From a virus: DNA of 64,000 bases. Below, piece by piece: positions 9,591-19,217 of the stretch. The notes below the pieces were generated by a model, which made no database searches, had not been told where the DNA came from, and was given only the letters and a program-made list of their open reading frames with translations. Location of the stretch: the IMG/VR virus record IMGVR_UViG_3300025466_000012, positions 32,001-96,000 of that record. The stretch is one strand, 5' to 3'. The position numbers were made by a program, and so were the translations under genes. The number at the start of each line of letters is the position of its first letter. Position 1 is the first letter of the stretch.

Positions 9591-12557
9591 ATGGCAAAAG
9601 AAACTATTGGAAAAAAACTCTACGATTTGCTGGCCACCCGGGACTATGACAACTTCCAGGCCCTGGACAGCGCCACTGGCAAGGTACCCGTAGATCCCAA
9701 AACAGGTGCACAGAATGTGGGCGAAGCCAACATGTTTGTGTTTGACTGGAGCTCCAGTCGCGGCAAAAACTACGGTACTGCTGTGATCTTGTTGACCGAC
9801 GATCATGATCTTGAACTGTACTTTGGCGACAACCTAGGCAAGACCATGGAAGATCGCGAAGACAAAAACGAGTGGTTTGCATTCATGGAGCAGCTGAGAC
9901 ATTTTGCCACACGTACCAATTTCAACGGATTCAGACCGCTCAACATCAATCAACTGAGACACAGCCTGCAAGGGCAAGCTGCCATCCGGGAAGGACTTTT
10001 TGAAAGCTGGCAAGGTCGCAAGAACATGAGCTGGAACGGTGTGGCCACCGAAGCCAGACTCATGATACGTCACAAAAGAGACCTTGGACCCGACGAAGCC
10101 AGACACAGATATGTGGAGAGCCTGTTCATTGAAACAGCAGAAGGTGAACGTTACAAATTGCCATTTGTGAATCTAGGCGGTGGCAAGGCCATGCTGGAAC
10201 ATGTGCGCCAGGGTGGCAGACCCTACGATACAAGAGGTCAACACATAGCCAACATGATCCAAGAGATCAATATTTTGAGCAGATTTGAACGCAGCGTGGC
10301 CGGCGATGCCTTGATGGAAGGCGATACTGCGCAACTGGTGACCGAAGCTCACGGGTACAAACACAGTCTCAAAACCAATCTCAAACGTCTGGCTACCGGA
10401 CGCGGATACGCAGACTATTTTGAATCATGGAATCCGGCCAGCATCACTGAGCAAGATGTGGTAGTGGAAAGTCTCAAGCAACTGTTTGTAAAACAGACTC
10501 TGGACACCAGGATTGAACAAGCACTGCCGTTACTGGCAAAGATACAACAACAAGGACAAGCTATGAAAGAAGCCACGATATTTGAAGCCTGGGCCAACCG
10601 CCTGGTAGAAGGAACCTGGAGCCTGCCGGACACTCCAGAAAAACAGCAACAGCTGATAGATTTTATGAGCCAGGAACAACCGGTTGGTGCCGATGCTACA
10701 GATGCCACTGAGCAACTGTATGACATCCTGGGCGATGATCAGTTGTTTGATCGACTGAGTGAGTTGGCCGATCAGCACCCTGACAGCGATTGCCGCCAGT
10801 TGGTTCTGGACCGCATGCAGGAACTCAGCGATGATCCAGATGTGCGAGAGGCCTTGGAAAAACTCAATGTCAACACAGATGCTACCATGCACCCAGCGGC
10901 GGCTACTCCAGCCGATCTAGGCGGTGATAGCGATGGCGGCGACATCGATGAAAGCATGAGTGACCACCAGCATCATGTGTGGACTGTGCATTTTGCCGAC
11001 GGAACCCAGCGTCGTGTACCAGTAGGCAGCGATGAATTTGATTACGAAATCAAACGTATCCAGGATCATTTTGCCAAACAGGGACTTGAAGTGGTTGACG
11101 TGGACACAGATACTGCCATACACGGTGAACCACCCGCTGAACCAGAAGATTATGAAAAGACCGAAGGTGTCGCAGAAGGTCATGCAGACCAACAACGCAA
11201 AGTGTTTAAGAAGAATGGCAAGCCAGTAGGCGAAGTCGGTATTGACCGTGAATCGAGCCCAGGTGTTGGTCAGTATTACATGAAGCATTATGCTAGTGGT
11301 AAAGATTTGTCTGGGTATGATTCATACGAAGAAGCAGTAGCAGAACTAAAACATTGTCTAAAACAAGGTGTCGCAGAAGGTCATGCAGACCAACAACGCA
11401 AAGTGTTTAAGAAGAATGGCAAGCCAGTAGGCGAAGTCGGTATTGACCGTGAATCGAGCCCAGGTGTTGGTCAGTATTACATGAAGCATTATGCTAGTGG
11501 TAAAGATTTGTCTGGGTATGATTCATACGAAGAAGCAGTAGCAGAACTAAAACATTGTCTAAAACAAGGTGTGGCGGAAGGCTCAACTACACGAGGTGGG
11601 TTTGGTGGTTCAGCCAGTCAAGCACATCACGAAATTGAATGGCTTAAGAATAAGATTGAAACACTGAAACCGTTGTTGACCAAGAAACCCGGTGTTGCTC
11701 GTCAAATACGAGATTTGGAAAGACAGATCCGTGAGAGAGAACTGGCTATGGCATATCACGATCAAGGTGTGGCGGAAGATGCAATCCAATCTTTACGCAG
11801 AGCCGCTGGCTTGAATGAAAATGTGTTACGTGATAGCACCGGCAGCACACTGGATCATATTGCTGATAAATTCAAACGTGACATCCGAGATTTTGAAGCC
11901 ACAGGCAATCTCAGTGATGATTTGTTTGACGCACTATACGATTATTACCAAGATGACATGCCATACGGTGTACAAAAAGCTCGCTCGGGCGATCCGCACG
12001 ATTGGATCGCAGATCGAATCACTCAAGACTTAGGGTTACAACCAACCGATCTTGATCCGTTTGAAAAATTCAAATTGCGTAATAACGCAGCTCGTGACCA
12101 AGCAGGCATGCCACCCAATCCAGATTTCCAAGAAGAACGTGATCCACATTCGGTAGATGGCGGCATGGCCAATGCGTTGTTGGCTGACGATGCCGTCTGC
12201 AACATGAGCGATCATGGTCATCATTGCCCGGTACACGGAATTGAAGAATGTTGGGGTGCTGAATCCATGCCCGGTATGGAAGAAGGCGCAGTTGGAGCTG
12301 TAGCAGGTGCAGTACTAGCTCCTGAACTGGGACCACTGGCCAGCCGTGTTGGTAGCATGGCACAAGATGCCATGACCGATTCAGATGACGACCTTGACGA
12401 AGAAGGATTTGGTCTCAACCCAACTCCGGCAGCCATGGAAGAAGAACGCAGTCCGTTGGCTGGCATATATGGACATTCGGGCAAGATGAAGGAAGTGGGC
12501 CGTGACGTCGGCTTTTTGGACAGACTGAAAGAGCTGGCCGGCATGCGACAGGCATAA
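9591..12557 (+). CDS. Large modular putative capsid-internal polyprotein with a GVAE(G/D)-linked cassette array
   Basis: ATAAATA at 9577-9583; repeated hydrophobic-X-E sites; four GVAE linkers at 11166, 11367, 11568 and 11766. Confidence 0.65.
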   Translation: MAKETIGKKLYDLLATRDYDNFQALDSATGKVPVDPKTGAQNVGEANMFVFDWSSSRGKNYGTAVILLTDDHDLELYFGDNLGKTMEDREDKNEWFAFMEQLRHFATRTNFNGFRPLNINQLRHSLQGQAAIREGLFESWQGRKNMSWNGVATEARLMIRHKRDLGPDEARHRYVESLFIETAEGERYKLPFVNLGGGKAMLEHVRQGGRPYDTRGQHIANMIQEINILSRFERSVAGDALMEGDTAQLVTEAHGYKHSLKTNLKRLATGRGYADYFESWNPASITEQDVVVESLKQLFVKQTLDTRIEQALPLLAKIQQQGQAMKEATIFEAWANRLVEGTWSLPDTPEKQQQLIDFMSQEQPVGADATDATEQLYDILGDDQLFDRLSELADQHPDSDCRQLVLDRMQELSDDPDVREALEKLNVNTDATMHPAAATPADLGGDSDGGDIDESMSDHQHHVWTVHFADGTQRRVPVGSDEFDYEIKRIQDHFAKQGLEVVDVDTDTAIHGEPPAEPEDYEKTEGVAEGHADQQRKVFKKNGKPVGEVGIDRESSPGVGQYYMKHYASGKDLSGYDSYEEAVAELKHCLKQGVAEGHADQQRKVFKKNGKPVGEVGIDRESSPGVGQYYMKHYASGKDLSGYDSYEEAVAELKHCLKQGVAEGSTTRGGFGGSASQAHHEIEWLKNKIETLKPLLTKKPGVARQIRDLERQIRERELAMAYHDQGVAEDAIQSLRRAAGLNENVLRDSTGSTLDHIADKFKRDIRDFEATGNLSDDLFDALYDYYQDDMPYGVQKARSGDPHDWIADRITQDLGLQPTDLDPFEKFKLRNNAARDQAGMPPNPDFQEERDPHSVDGGMANALLADDAVCNMSDHGHHCPVHGIEECWGAESMPGMEEGAVGAVAGAVLAPELGPLASRVGSMAQDAMTDSDDDLDEEGFGLNPTPAAMEEERSPLAGIYGHSGKMKEVGRDVGFLDRLKELAGMRQA
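11164..11572 (+). repeat. Perfect in-frame tandem duplication, 2 x 201 bp (67 aa)
   Basis: 11164-11364 is identical to 11365-11565 by direct comparison; identity continues 7 nt into a third linker. Confidence 0.95.
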
Positions 12558-12655
12558 ATATCATTGTGACAGGCTGAAGCGCATGCTATAATACAACATG
12601 CGCTCAAAACTGATCTACCAAACTAACTCAAGCAACTTAACCAAAGATGTAGCAA

Positions 12656-12747
12656 ACACTGACAGCAGAGTGTATAATCAGCTGTAAGGCAACATTTAAG
12701 GCAATCTTAAATCAACATTTTAAATCAACTTAGAAAGGCAACACAAA
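12656..12747 (+). promoter_or_regulatory. Putative gene-32-type translational operator (H-type pseudoknot plus A/U-rich tract)
   Basis: ACACT 12656-60 pairs with AGTGT 12669-73; ACAGC 12662-66 pairs with GCTGT 12681-85; followed by repeated TTAAATCAAC before the SSB start. Confidence 0.5.
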
Positions 12748-13734
12748 ATGGCGTCACTTAGCGAAATTAGAGCGAGACTAGCAGCATCAGAAAACAAACA
12801 GGGTACAGGTGGTAGCAGTGGTGGAGATGGAGCAATTTATCCACACTGGAATATGTCAGAAGGTGAAAGCGCCACCTTGCGATTCTTACCCGACGCAAAT
12901 ACCAAAAACACATTCTTTTGGGCCGAACGACAATTACTTCGTTTGCCATTCAACGGCATCAAAGGAGACATGGATTCAAAACAGGTGTATGTACAAGTGC
13001 CATGCGTAGAGATGTGGGGTGATCCATGTCCTGTGCTGGCTGAAGTGCGTACCTGGTTCAAAGACAAGAGCCTGGAAGAAATGGGTCGCAAGTACTGGAA
13101 GAAACGCAGTTACATTTTCCAAGGATTTGTGCGAAAGAATCCCATTGCTGACGACAAGACTCCGGCCAACCCCATCCGCAGATTTATCATAGGTCCACAG
13201 ATCTTTACCCTGATCAAGGGTGCCTTGATGGATCCCGAACTGGAAGAGTTGCCCACTGACATCATGCGTGGTCTAGACTTTACCATCGCCAAGACCAGCA
13301 AGGGTGGATATGCTGACTACAACACTTCAAAGTGGAGTCGTAAAGAATCAGCCTTGACTGAAGAAGAACAAACAGCTATCGCCGAACATGGCCTGTTTGA
13401 TCTCAGCACATTCATGCCCAAGCGTCCAACTGACGTGGAGCTCAAGATCATCAAAGAAATGTTCGAAGCCAGTGTAGACGGACAGAGCTATGATACTGAA
13501 CGTTGGGGTGCCTACTACAGACCAGCCGGTGTAACGGCTCCTGCTGGCACCGGCTCAACTCCAGCCATGGTCGATCTAGACGAAGATGCGCCAGCAGTCA
13601 AGTCAGTAGCGGCTCCAACTGTCAATGACTTTGATGACGAACCTGTTGCAACCGCAGCGCCAGTACAAGCCAAACCGGCCGCAGGCAACACACAGGACAT
13701 CTTGGCCATGATCCGCGCACGTCAAAAGCAGTAA
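12748..13734 (+). CDS. ssb: Single-stranded DNA-binding protein (T4 gp32-like)
   Basis: Motifs LRFLPD, PCVEMWGDPCPV, YWKKRSY and GLDFTIAK; acidic C-terminal tail; upstream of UvsX. Confidence 0.9.
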   Translation: MASLSEIRARLAASENKQGTGGSSGGDGAIYPHWNMSEGESATLRFLPDANTKNTFFWAERQLLRLPFNGIKGDMDSKQVYVQVPCVEMWGDPCPVLAEVRTWFKDKSLEEMGRKYWKKRSYIFQGFVRKNPIADDKTPANPIRRFIIGPQIFTLIKGALMDPELEELPTDIMRGLDFTIAKTSKGGYADYNTSKWSRKESALTEEEQTAIAEHGLFDLSTFMPKRPTDVELKIIKEMFEASVDGQSYDTERWGAYYRPAGVTAPAGTGSTPAMVDLDEDAPAVKSVAAPTVNDFDDEPVATAAPVQAKPAAGNTQDILAMIRARQKQ

Positions 13735-13755
13735 TCAACTATCAGTAACAAACAC

Positions 13756-13776
13756 ACCCAGGGACTGTCCCTGGGT
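13756..13776 (+). other. Intergenic hairpin (9-bp stem) between ssb and uvsX
   Basis: ACCCAGGGA-CTG-TCCCTGGGT; no U-tract, so possibly an mRNA stability or processing hairpin. Confidence 0.5.
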
Positions 13777-13796
13777 CTGACACAAGGAGCATAAAC

Positions 13797-14858
13797 ATGG
13801 CCAATAAACCATTTGACATATCAAAATTCCGCAAGGACATTACCAAGAGTATTGACGGACTCAGTATTGGATTTAACGATCCTACTGATTGGATTTCAAC
13901 CGGCAACTTTGCCTTGAACTATCTTATTTCAGGAGATTTCAACAAGGGTATTCCGTTGGGCAAGGTCACGGTATTTGCTGGCGAATCCGGAGCAGGTAAA
14001 AGTTACATCTGCTCTGGTAACATTGTAAAAAACGCACAACAACAAGGCATTTTTGTGATCTTGATTGACACAGAAAATGCGCTGGATGAAAAGTGGTTGC
14101 ATGATCTAGGTGTAAGCACAGATGAAAGCAAGTTGCTCAAACTCAACATGGCCATGATCGATGATGTGGCCAAAACAATCAGCACATTCATGATCGATTA
14201 CAAGGCCTTGCCCGATGGCGAGCGTCCCAAGGTGCTGTTTGTGATTGACAGCTTGGGCATGTTGCTTACTCCCACTGATGTCAATCAGTTTGAAGCAGGT
14301 GACATGAAAGGTGACATGGGTCGTAAACCCAAGGCACTGACAGCATTGGTGCGTAACTCGGTCAACATGTTTGGCAGTTTCAACGTGGGCCTGGTTGCAA
14401 CCAATCATACCTATGCCAGCCAAGACATGTTTGATCCAGATGACAAGATTTCAGGCGGACAAGGATTTATCTACGCCTCCAGTATCGTGGTAGCCATGAA
14501 GAAGATGAAGCTGAAAGAAGACGAGGATGGCAACAAGATCAGCGAAGTCATGGGTATCCGTGCTGGTTGCAAGGTCATGAAAACTCGCTATGCCAAGCCA
14601 TTTGAAGGCATGCAGGTCAAGATTCCTTACGAAACAGGTATGAATCCCTACTCGGGACTGACCGATTTGGCTGAGAAAAAAGGACTGTTGAAAAAAGACG
14701 GGAATAGACTAATGTTTGTGACCAGTGATGGTGAAATTATCAAACAGTTCCGCAAGGCCTGGGAATCAAACGAAGACGGATGCTTGGACCGGGTCATGGC
14801 TGATTTTGTCAATCAGCGAGAAACGGTAAGTACTGAAGATACAGCCACGGAGGAATAA
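13797..14858 (+). CDS. uvsX: RecA-like recombinase (UvsX)
   Basis: Walker A GESGAGKS; DTENALD and VIDSLG motifs; sits between SSB and UvsY. Confidence 0.92.
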   Translation: MANKPFDISKFRKDITKSIDGLSIGFNDPTDWISTGNFALNYLISGDFNKGIPLGKVTVFAGESGAGKSYICSGNIVKNAQQQGIFVILIDTENALDEKWLHDLGVSTDESKLLKLNMAMIDDVAKTISTFMIDYKALPDGERPKVLFVIDSLGMLLTPTDVNQFEAGDMKGDMGRKPKALTALVRNSVNMFGSFNVGLVATNHTYASQDMFDPDDKISGGQGFIYASSIVVAMKKMKLKEDEDGNKISEVMGIRAGCKVMKTRYAKPFEGMQVKIPYETGMNPYSGLTDLAEKKGLLKKDGNRLMFVTSDGEIIKQFRKAWESNEDGCLDRVMADFVNQRETVSTEDTATEE

Positions 14859-14860
14859 CA

Positions 14861-15109
14861 ATGACATTGGAACTGGTAAGCGAAATCTGGAGCGAGCTCC
14901 GGCGTTATGTAAACACAACCGATCGAGACGACGCAGCCGAATGCATGGTGTCGGTACTGATCGACAACAACATCGATGCTGACGAAATCAAATCTGCGTT
15001 CAAAACCGACAGTGAAGTCAGGCGTGCCTTGACCACCTATCTACAGAATCATGATGAGGATGAGGATGAAGAAGACTATGCCGATGACACCGACGACGAT
15101 GATTACTGA
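14861..15109 (+). CDS. Hypothetical acidic protein
   Basis: 82-aa ORF with GGAGG RBS and acidic tail. Confidence 0.6.
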   Translation: MTLELVSEIWSELRRYVNTTDRDDAAECMVSVLIDNNIDADEIKSAFKTDSEVRRALTTYLQNHDEDEDEEDYADDTDDDDY

Positions 15110-16244
15110 TTTTTATTGCAATCAAAAATTTTATTTTTTATCAGTTGATCTTGAGAGAAGGTCGGCATACTCGTGTTGCTCGGCTACTCCTTCAAAAATA
15201 GATATACAGTGGATCAAAAAAAATCCTGGAAAACTTTTTAATACTCCTCAGCTTCAGCAGGAACGTCAGGACATGTTGGCTAACATTGCGGTTGACAGTT
15301 GCAAAACAAACTGTTGGAATCCTGAACAAAACAACTTAGTAAGTCGCCGCATGATGTATAACGGCCAGATCAAAACTCATACCGACATAAACTCTCGGCC
15401 CGAAGTATTGAACATTGTGTTAGGATCCAGTTGTAATCTGACCTGTTCTTATTGCGACAAACAGTACAGCAGTGCATGGTTGAGAGATATCAAAACCAAT
15501 GGTGCCTACCTTGACTTACCAAAATTTAATTTGACCAGAGCAGATCAAATCTTGTCAAATATCAGTCAAAACGAGCATCTGGAATCAGATGGTTTTAACA
15601 CGTTGACAAAAGAAATTGGATCGTTTGATCGGCTGGATAAAGTTGTTGTTTCTGGCGGAGAACCCTTTCTGTTTAACAAATTACCACAGCTTTTAAACAA
15701 TCTGGGTCCGGTAAAACACATAGAGATTTTTACAGGGCTAGGAGTTGGTCATGACAGATTGAAAAATCAACTGGATAAAATCGACCATATCAAAAATTTA
15801 AAAATGATTGTCAGCGCAGAAAATATCGACAGATACTACGAATTCAATAGACACGGCAACAGCTATGATAATTTTTGTAAAAATCTTGAACTGTTGCGCA
15901 ATAGAGGATTTGATATCGGATTTAGCTCGGTGGTCAGCAACGTGACCATCTTTGGTTTGATCGATTTTGTTGATCGTTACGGCGACGAAAATATAATTTA
16001 TTCGATGTGCAACGACCCAGATTTTTTAAAATTGGGGGTGCTAGATCCCGACAGTAAAGATCGACTGATAGCTCAATTTGAATCCAGCACTATTACAATA
16101 CGAGAATCCATCATACAAAATTTACAAATATTGCCCACTGAACAACAACGTCAACAGTTTTCGACCTTTGTCAAAGAGTTTGCTCGCAGACGTGAATTGA
16201 GTCTTGGCATTTTTCCAAACAGCATGTTACAATGGCTAGAATAA
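15099..16244 (+). CDS. Radical SAM protein with N-terminal Cys-rich (SPASM/twitch-like) region
   Basis: CxxxCxxC motif CNLTCSYC; SGGEP; upstream YSCC and CxxxCW motifs; more AT-rich than neighbours. Confidence 0.85.
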   Translation: MITDFYCNQKFYFLSVDLERRSAYSCCSATPSKIDIQWIKKNPGKLFNTPQLQQERQDMLANIAVDSCKTNCWNPEQNNLVSRRMMYNGQIKTHTDINSRPEVLNIVLGSSCNLTCSYCDKQYSSAWLRDIKTNGAYLDLPKFNLTRADQILSNISQNEHLESDGFNTLTKEIGSFDRLDKVVVSGGEPFLFNKLPQLLNNLGPVKHIEIFTGLGVGHDRLKNQLDKIDHIKNLKMIVSAENIDRYYEFNRHGNSYDNFCKNLELLRNRGFDIGFSSVVSNVTIFGLIDFVDRYGDENIIYSMCNDPDFLKLGVLDPDSKDRLIAQFESSTITIRESIIQNLQILPTEQQRQQFSTFVKEFARRRELSLGIFPNSMLQWLE

Positions 16245-16253
16245 AAGGAAATC

Positions 16254-16706
16254 ATGTGGTATAGCAAAATAACCAGCGACATTGGCAATATTCCTGATTT
16301 TGTCAGCTATTACGAACAACAACTGTTGGAAGCCAAATTGGAATGTCGAGTAGGCGGTCTGATTGAAAAAAACATAACCACCTTACCTGGCATCACCGAG
16401 CATAGATTCAATCAGCTACAAGAAATCGAAGCTGTACTCAACTTTCTCAACATACAGCTGAGGAAAATCCGTCGCAAGCATTTCCAGAAATATCTAGAAG
16501 GCTATGCCAGGGCCTTGACCAGTCGAGATGCTGAAAAATACGTGGACGGAGAAGATGAAGTTATTGATTTTGAAACCTTGATCAACGAAGTGGCATTGTT
16601 GCGTAACAAATTTTTAGGCATAATTAAAGCATTTGAAAGCAAGAATTTCATGCTGGGGCATGTGGTTCGATTGCGAGCAGCCGGCATGGAGGACATACAG
16701 GTATGA
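16254..16706 (+). CDS. uvsY: Recombination mediator, UvsY-like
   Basis: Motifs RALTSRDAEKYVDGE and IIKAFESKNFMLGHVVRLRAAG; helical; close to uvsX. Confidence 0.8.
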   Translation: MWYSKITSDIGNIPDFVSYYEQQLLEAKLECRVGGLIEKNITTLPGITEHRFNQLQEIEAVLNFLNIQLRKIRRKHFQKYLEGYARALTSRDAEKYVDGEDEVIDFETLINEVALLRNKFLGIIKAFESKNFMLGHVVRLRAAGMEDIQV

Positions 16707-17467
16707 CATTTACCAACACACAACAGAGCCATGCTCACAGTCGTTATGTGATTGACCAGCTGTACGAGTACGATGATTTCATGAGCAGCATCGGCACCTT
16801 GATCGATATGGGCTGTGGTCGTGGCCTAGATCTCGATTGGTGGGCCACTGCTACCACCCGAGACGAGAATCCCGAACCGTTGAATATCCAATGCGTGGGT
16901 GTGGACCTAGACGATGACCCAGGTATTGGCAACAGATACGCCAACTTGGCTTATCAAAAAACTGATTTTGAACAACAGGGCATTGACTTGATCGGTCAGT
17001 CTCGTACCTATGATGTGGTCTGGTGTCATGACGCATTCCAGTATGCAATTGATCCGTTGCGCACCTTGTCACAGTGGTGGAACATCACCAGCGACGGTGG
17101 CATGCTGTATATAGGAATACCACAAACCACCAACATGCGTCGAGGGCAACAGGATTTCACACAGGTCTCGGGCTGTTATCACCACTATACCATGGTCAGT
17201 CTCATACATCAGTTGGCTGTATGCGGATGGGATTGTCGTGCTGGATTTTTCTCCAAACAGATAAATGATCCCTGGATACATGCTGTGGTATATAAAAGCG
17301 AAATTGGGCCGCAAGATCCGAGAACTACCACTTGGTATCAATTGGCCGAACAGGGGTTGATACCCGAAAGTGCTGCTCGTAGCGTGCAAGCACACGGGTA
17401 TTTGAGACAGCAGGATCTGGTAGTGGCCTGGTTGGACAAAGGTTTACAATACATGGGACATCAATAA
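16703..17467 (+). CDS. Class I SAM-dependent methyltransferase-like protein
   Basis: Motif I LIDMGCGRG; YDVVWCHDAFQY; GGMLYIG. Confidence 0.75.
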   Translation: MTFTNTQQSHAHSRYVIDQLYEYDDFMSSIGTLIDMGCGRGLDLDWWATATTRDENPEPLNIQCVGVDLDDDPGIGNRYANLAYQKTDFEQQGIDLIGQSRTYDVVWCHDAFQYAIDPLRTLSQWWNITSDGGMLYIGIPQTTNMRRGQQDFTQVSGCYHHYTMVSLIHQLAVCGWDCRAGFFSKQINDPWIHAVVYKSEIGPQDPRTTTWYQLAEQGLIPESAARSVQAHGYLRQQDLVVAWLDKGLQYMGHQ

Positions 17468-17468
17468 C

Positions 17469-17795
17469 ATGAAAACAGAAAGAATCTGGGGATACTATCG
17501 AGTGATCGACGAGACCCCCAACATGAAAGTCAAAGAATTGGTCGTAGAGCCAGGAAAAAGTCTCAGCATGCAACGGCATTTCAAACGCAACGAATTCTGG
17601 GTCATACAGTCTGGAGCCTGTGTGGTCAACCTGGAATCAGAATCGGTACCGTTGATACAGCACGAAATCATGGCCATTCCGGTTGAGGCCTGGCATCAGC
17701 TGACCAACCCATACAACGAGCCCTGTCATGTGATGGAGATACAGTACGGCGACGCCTGCGACGAAGCAGACATAGAAAGACAAGCTCTAAAATAG
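17469..17795 (+). CDS. Cupin, mannose-6-phosphate isomerase type II C-terminal-like
   Basis: Motifs WGYYRV, LSMQRHFKRNEFW, WHQLTNP and EIQYG..DIER. Confidence 0.85.
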   Translation: MKTERIWGYYRVIDETPNMKVKELVVEPGKSLSMQRHFKRNEFWVIQSGACVVNLESESVPLIQHEIMAIPVEAWHQLTNPYNEPCHVMEIQYGDACDEADIERQALK

Positions 17796-17818
17796 ACCCT
17801 GCTAGATGCAGGGTTTTT
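17796..17818 (+). terminator. Rho-independent terminator
   Basis: ACCCTGC-TAGAT-GCAGGGT followed by a T tract. Confidence 0.7.
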
Positions 17819-17823
17819 CATGG

Positions 17824-17852
17824 TTGACCAAAATGTCAAGATCGGTTATAAT
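17824..17852 (+). promoter_or_regulatory. Sigma70-type early promoter (conserved cassette, copy 1)
   Basis: TTGACC, 17-nt spacer, TATAAT. Confidence 0.85.
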
Positions 17853-17880
17853 GTATGTATAGTAACAAATTAGGAGCAAT

Positions 17881-18081
17881 ATGGCTTATACTGTTTTTGC
17901 ACACGATACCAGTTTTGGTCCAAGAAAAGGCCTAGAAGGCCCGTTCCATTACCCCAATGGTCAGGTGTTGTATTATGACAACAAGGCCGGTGAATATTGG
18001 GATCCACGCACAGATTTCTATGTGGAACGCGATCGTGTTGCTGAATTACAACAGTCGATACTGGACAGAATCCGCGGTTGA
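17881..18081 (+). CDS. Small early hypothetical protein
   Basis: 66-aa ORF with AGGAG RBS, directly after an early promoter. Confidence 0.7.
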   Translation: MAYTVFAHDTSFGPRKGLEGPFHYPNGQVLYYDNKAGEYWDPRTDFYVERDRVAELQQSILDRIRG

Positions 18082-18106
18082 CCCAAAATGAGCCATTTGC
18101 TATAAT
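18078..18106 (+). promoter_or_regulatory. Sigma70-type early promoter (conserved cassette, copy 2)
   Basis: TTGACC, 17-nt spacer, TATAAT. Confidence 0.85.
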
Positions 18107-18139
18107 ATTAGTACAGTGACAAAACAAGGAGCGCAACAC

Positions 18140-19159
18140 ATGACCAAAGTAAAAATTATAAACGGAATATACCGTAATCAACCTGTAAGAGATGTAGCAT
18201 TTACCCTGGTAAAAGGCCTGCAAATGGGCGCCAGAGGCAGTTTTGTCACTGTGGACAGCGAGGGTTATTTTGGACCCGAGTTTGACGTGGTGCGTATCAA
18301 AGTGGATGGCATCGAAGATGTGGAATTTGTGGGCGGTGATGCAGTTACAGCTCAACCGTCTGTGAAGGCAGTTGCCGTACAAGAAACTGACGAAGCAGTC
18401 ATGAGCCGTATCGGCGAACGATTTGATATCTTGGACCAAATGACCAAGGCTGCTATCGCCGGCGATGTGCGAGCCATGATTGTGGTTGGCCCTCCTGGTG
18501 TGGGCAAGAGTTATGGTGTGGAAAAACAGCTGGAACAGTCGGGCCTGTTTGACAAGTTGGCTGGACGCAGGATCAAGTACGAAATCATCAAGGGTGCCAT
18601 GACACCGATTGGTTTGTACTGTACCTTGTACAAGAATTCTGATCCATGCAACGTGTTGGTGTTTGACGACTGCGACTCAGTATTCCAAGATGACTTGAGC
18701 CTGAACATTCTCAAAGCAGCTCTGGATTCAGGCAAGAAACGCAGGATCTACTGGAATTCGGACAGTTCCATGTTAACCCGTGAAGGTGTTCCCAACAATT
18801 TTGACTTCAAAGGTGCCTGTATCTTTATCACCAACCTGCAGTTCCAGAATTTGAAAAGCAAGAAACTGCAAGATCACCTGGAAGCCCTGCAAAGTCGTTG
18901 TCACTTCTTGGACTTGACCCTGAACACACAACGCGACAAGTTCTTGCGTATCAAACAGATCTTCCGCAAAGGTGACCTGTTCCAGGACTACGATTTTAGC
19001 CCAGAACAGGGCGAAGAGATCCTGGACTACATGGATGCCAACAAGGATCGTTTGCGAGAGCTCAGTTTACGCATGGCACTCAAGATTGCAGATTTGACCA
19101 AGATCTCGGCAACCAACTGGAAAGCACTAGCAGTCAGCACATGTATGAAAAATAGTTGA
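18140..19159 (+). CDS. AAA+ type P-loop ATPase
   Basis: Walker A GPPGVGKS and Walker B VLVFDDCD; AAGGAG RBS. Confidence 0.8.
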   Translation: MTKVKIINGIYRNQPVRDVAFTLVKGLQMGARGSFVTVDSEGYFGPEFDVVRIKVDGIEDVEFVGGDAVTAQPSVKAVAVQETDEAVMSRIGERFDILDQMTKAAIAGDVRAMIVVGPPGVGKSYGVEKQLEQSGLFDKLAGRRIKYEIIKGAMTPIGLYCTLYKNSDPCNVLVFDDCDSVFQDDLSLNILKAALDSGKKRRIYWNSDSSMLTREGVPNNFDFKGACIFITNLQFQNLKSKKLQDHLEALQSRCHFLDLTLNTQRDKFLRIKQIFRKGDLFQDYDFSPEQGEEILDYMDANKDRLRELSLRMALKIADLTKISATNWKALAVSTCMKNS

Positions 19160-19217
19160 TGCTGGCCAAACCGATTAAGTAAAGATAGCTCCTGAGTAGT
19201 AATACTACTCACTTTAT

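Noticed and set aside
15051-15098. Upstream in-frame starts of several ORF-track entries (15051, 2108, 5801, 18116, 25039, 60621)
   Set aside because: They overlap the previous gene or promoter and lack an RBS; downstream ATGs with an RBS or stop-start coupling were preferred.
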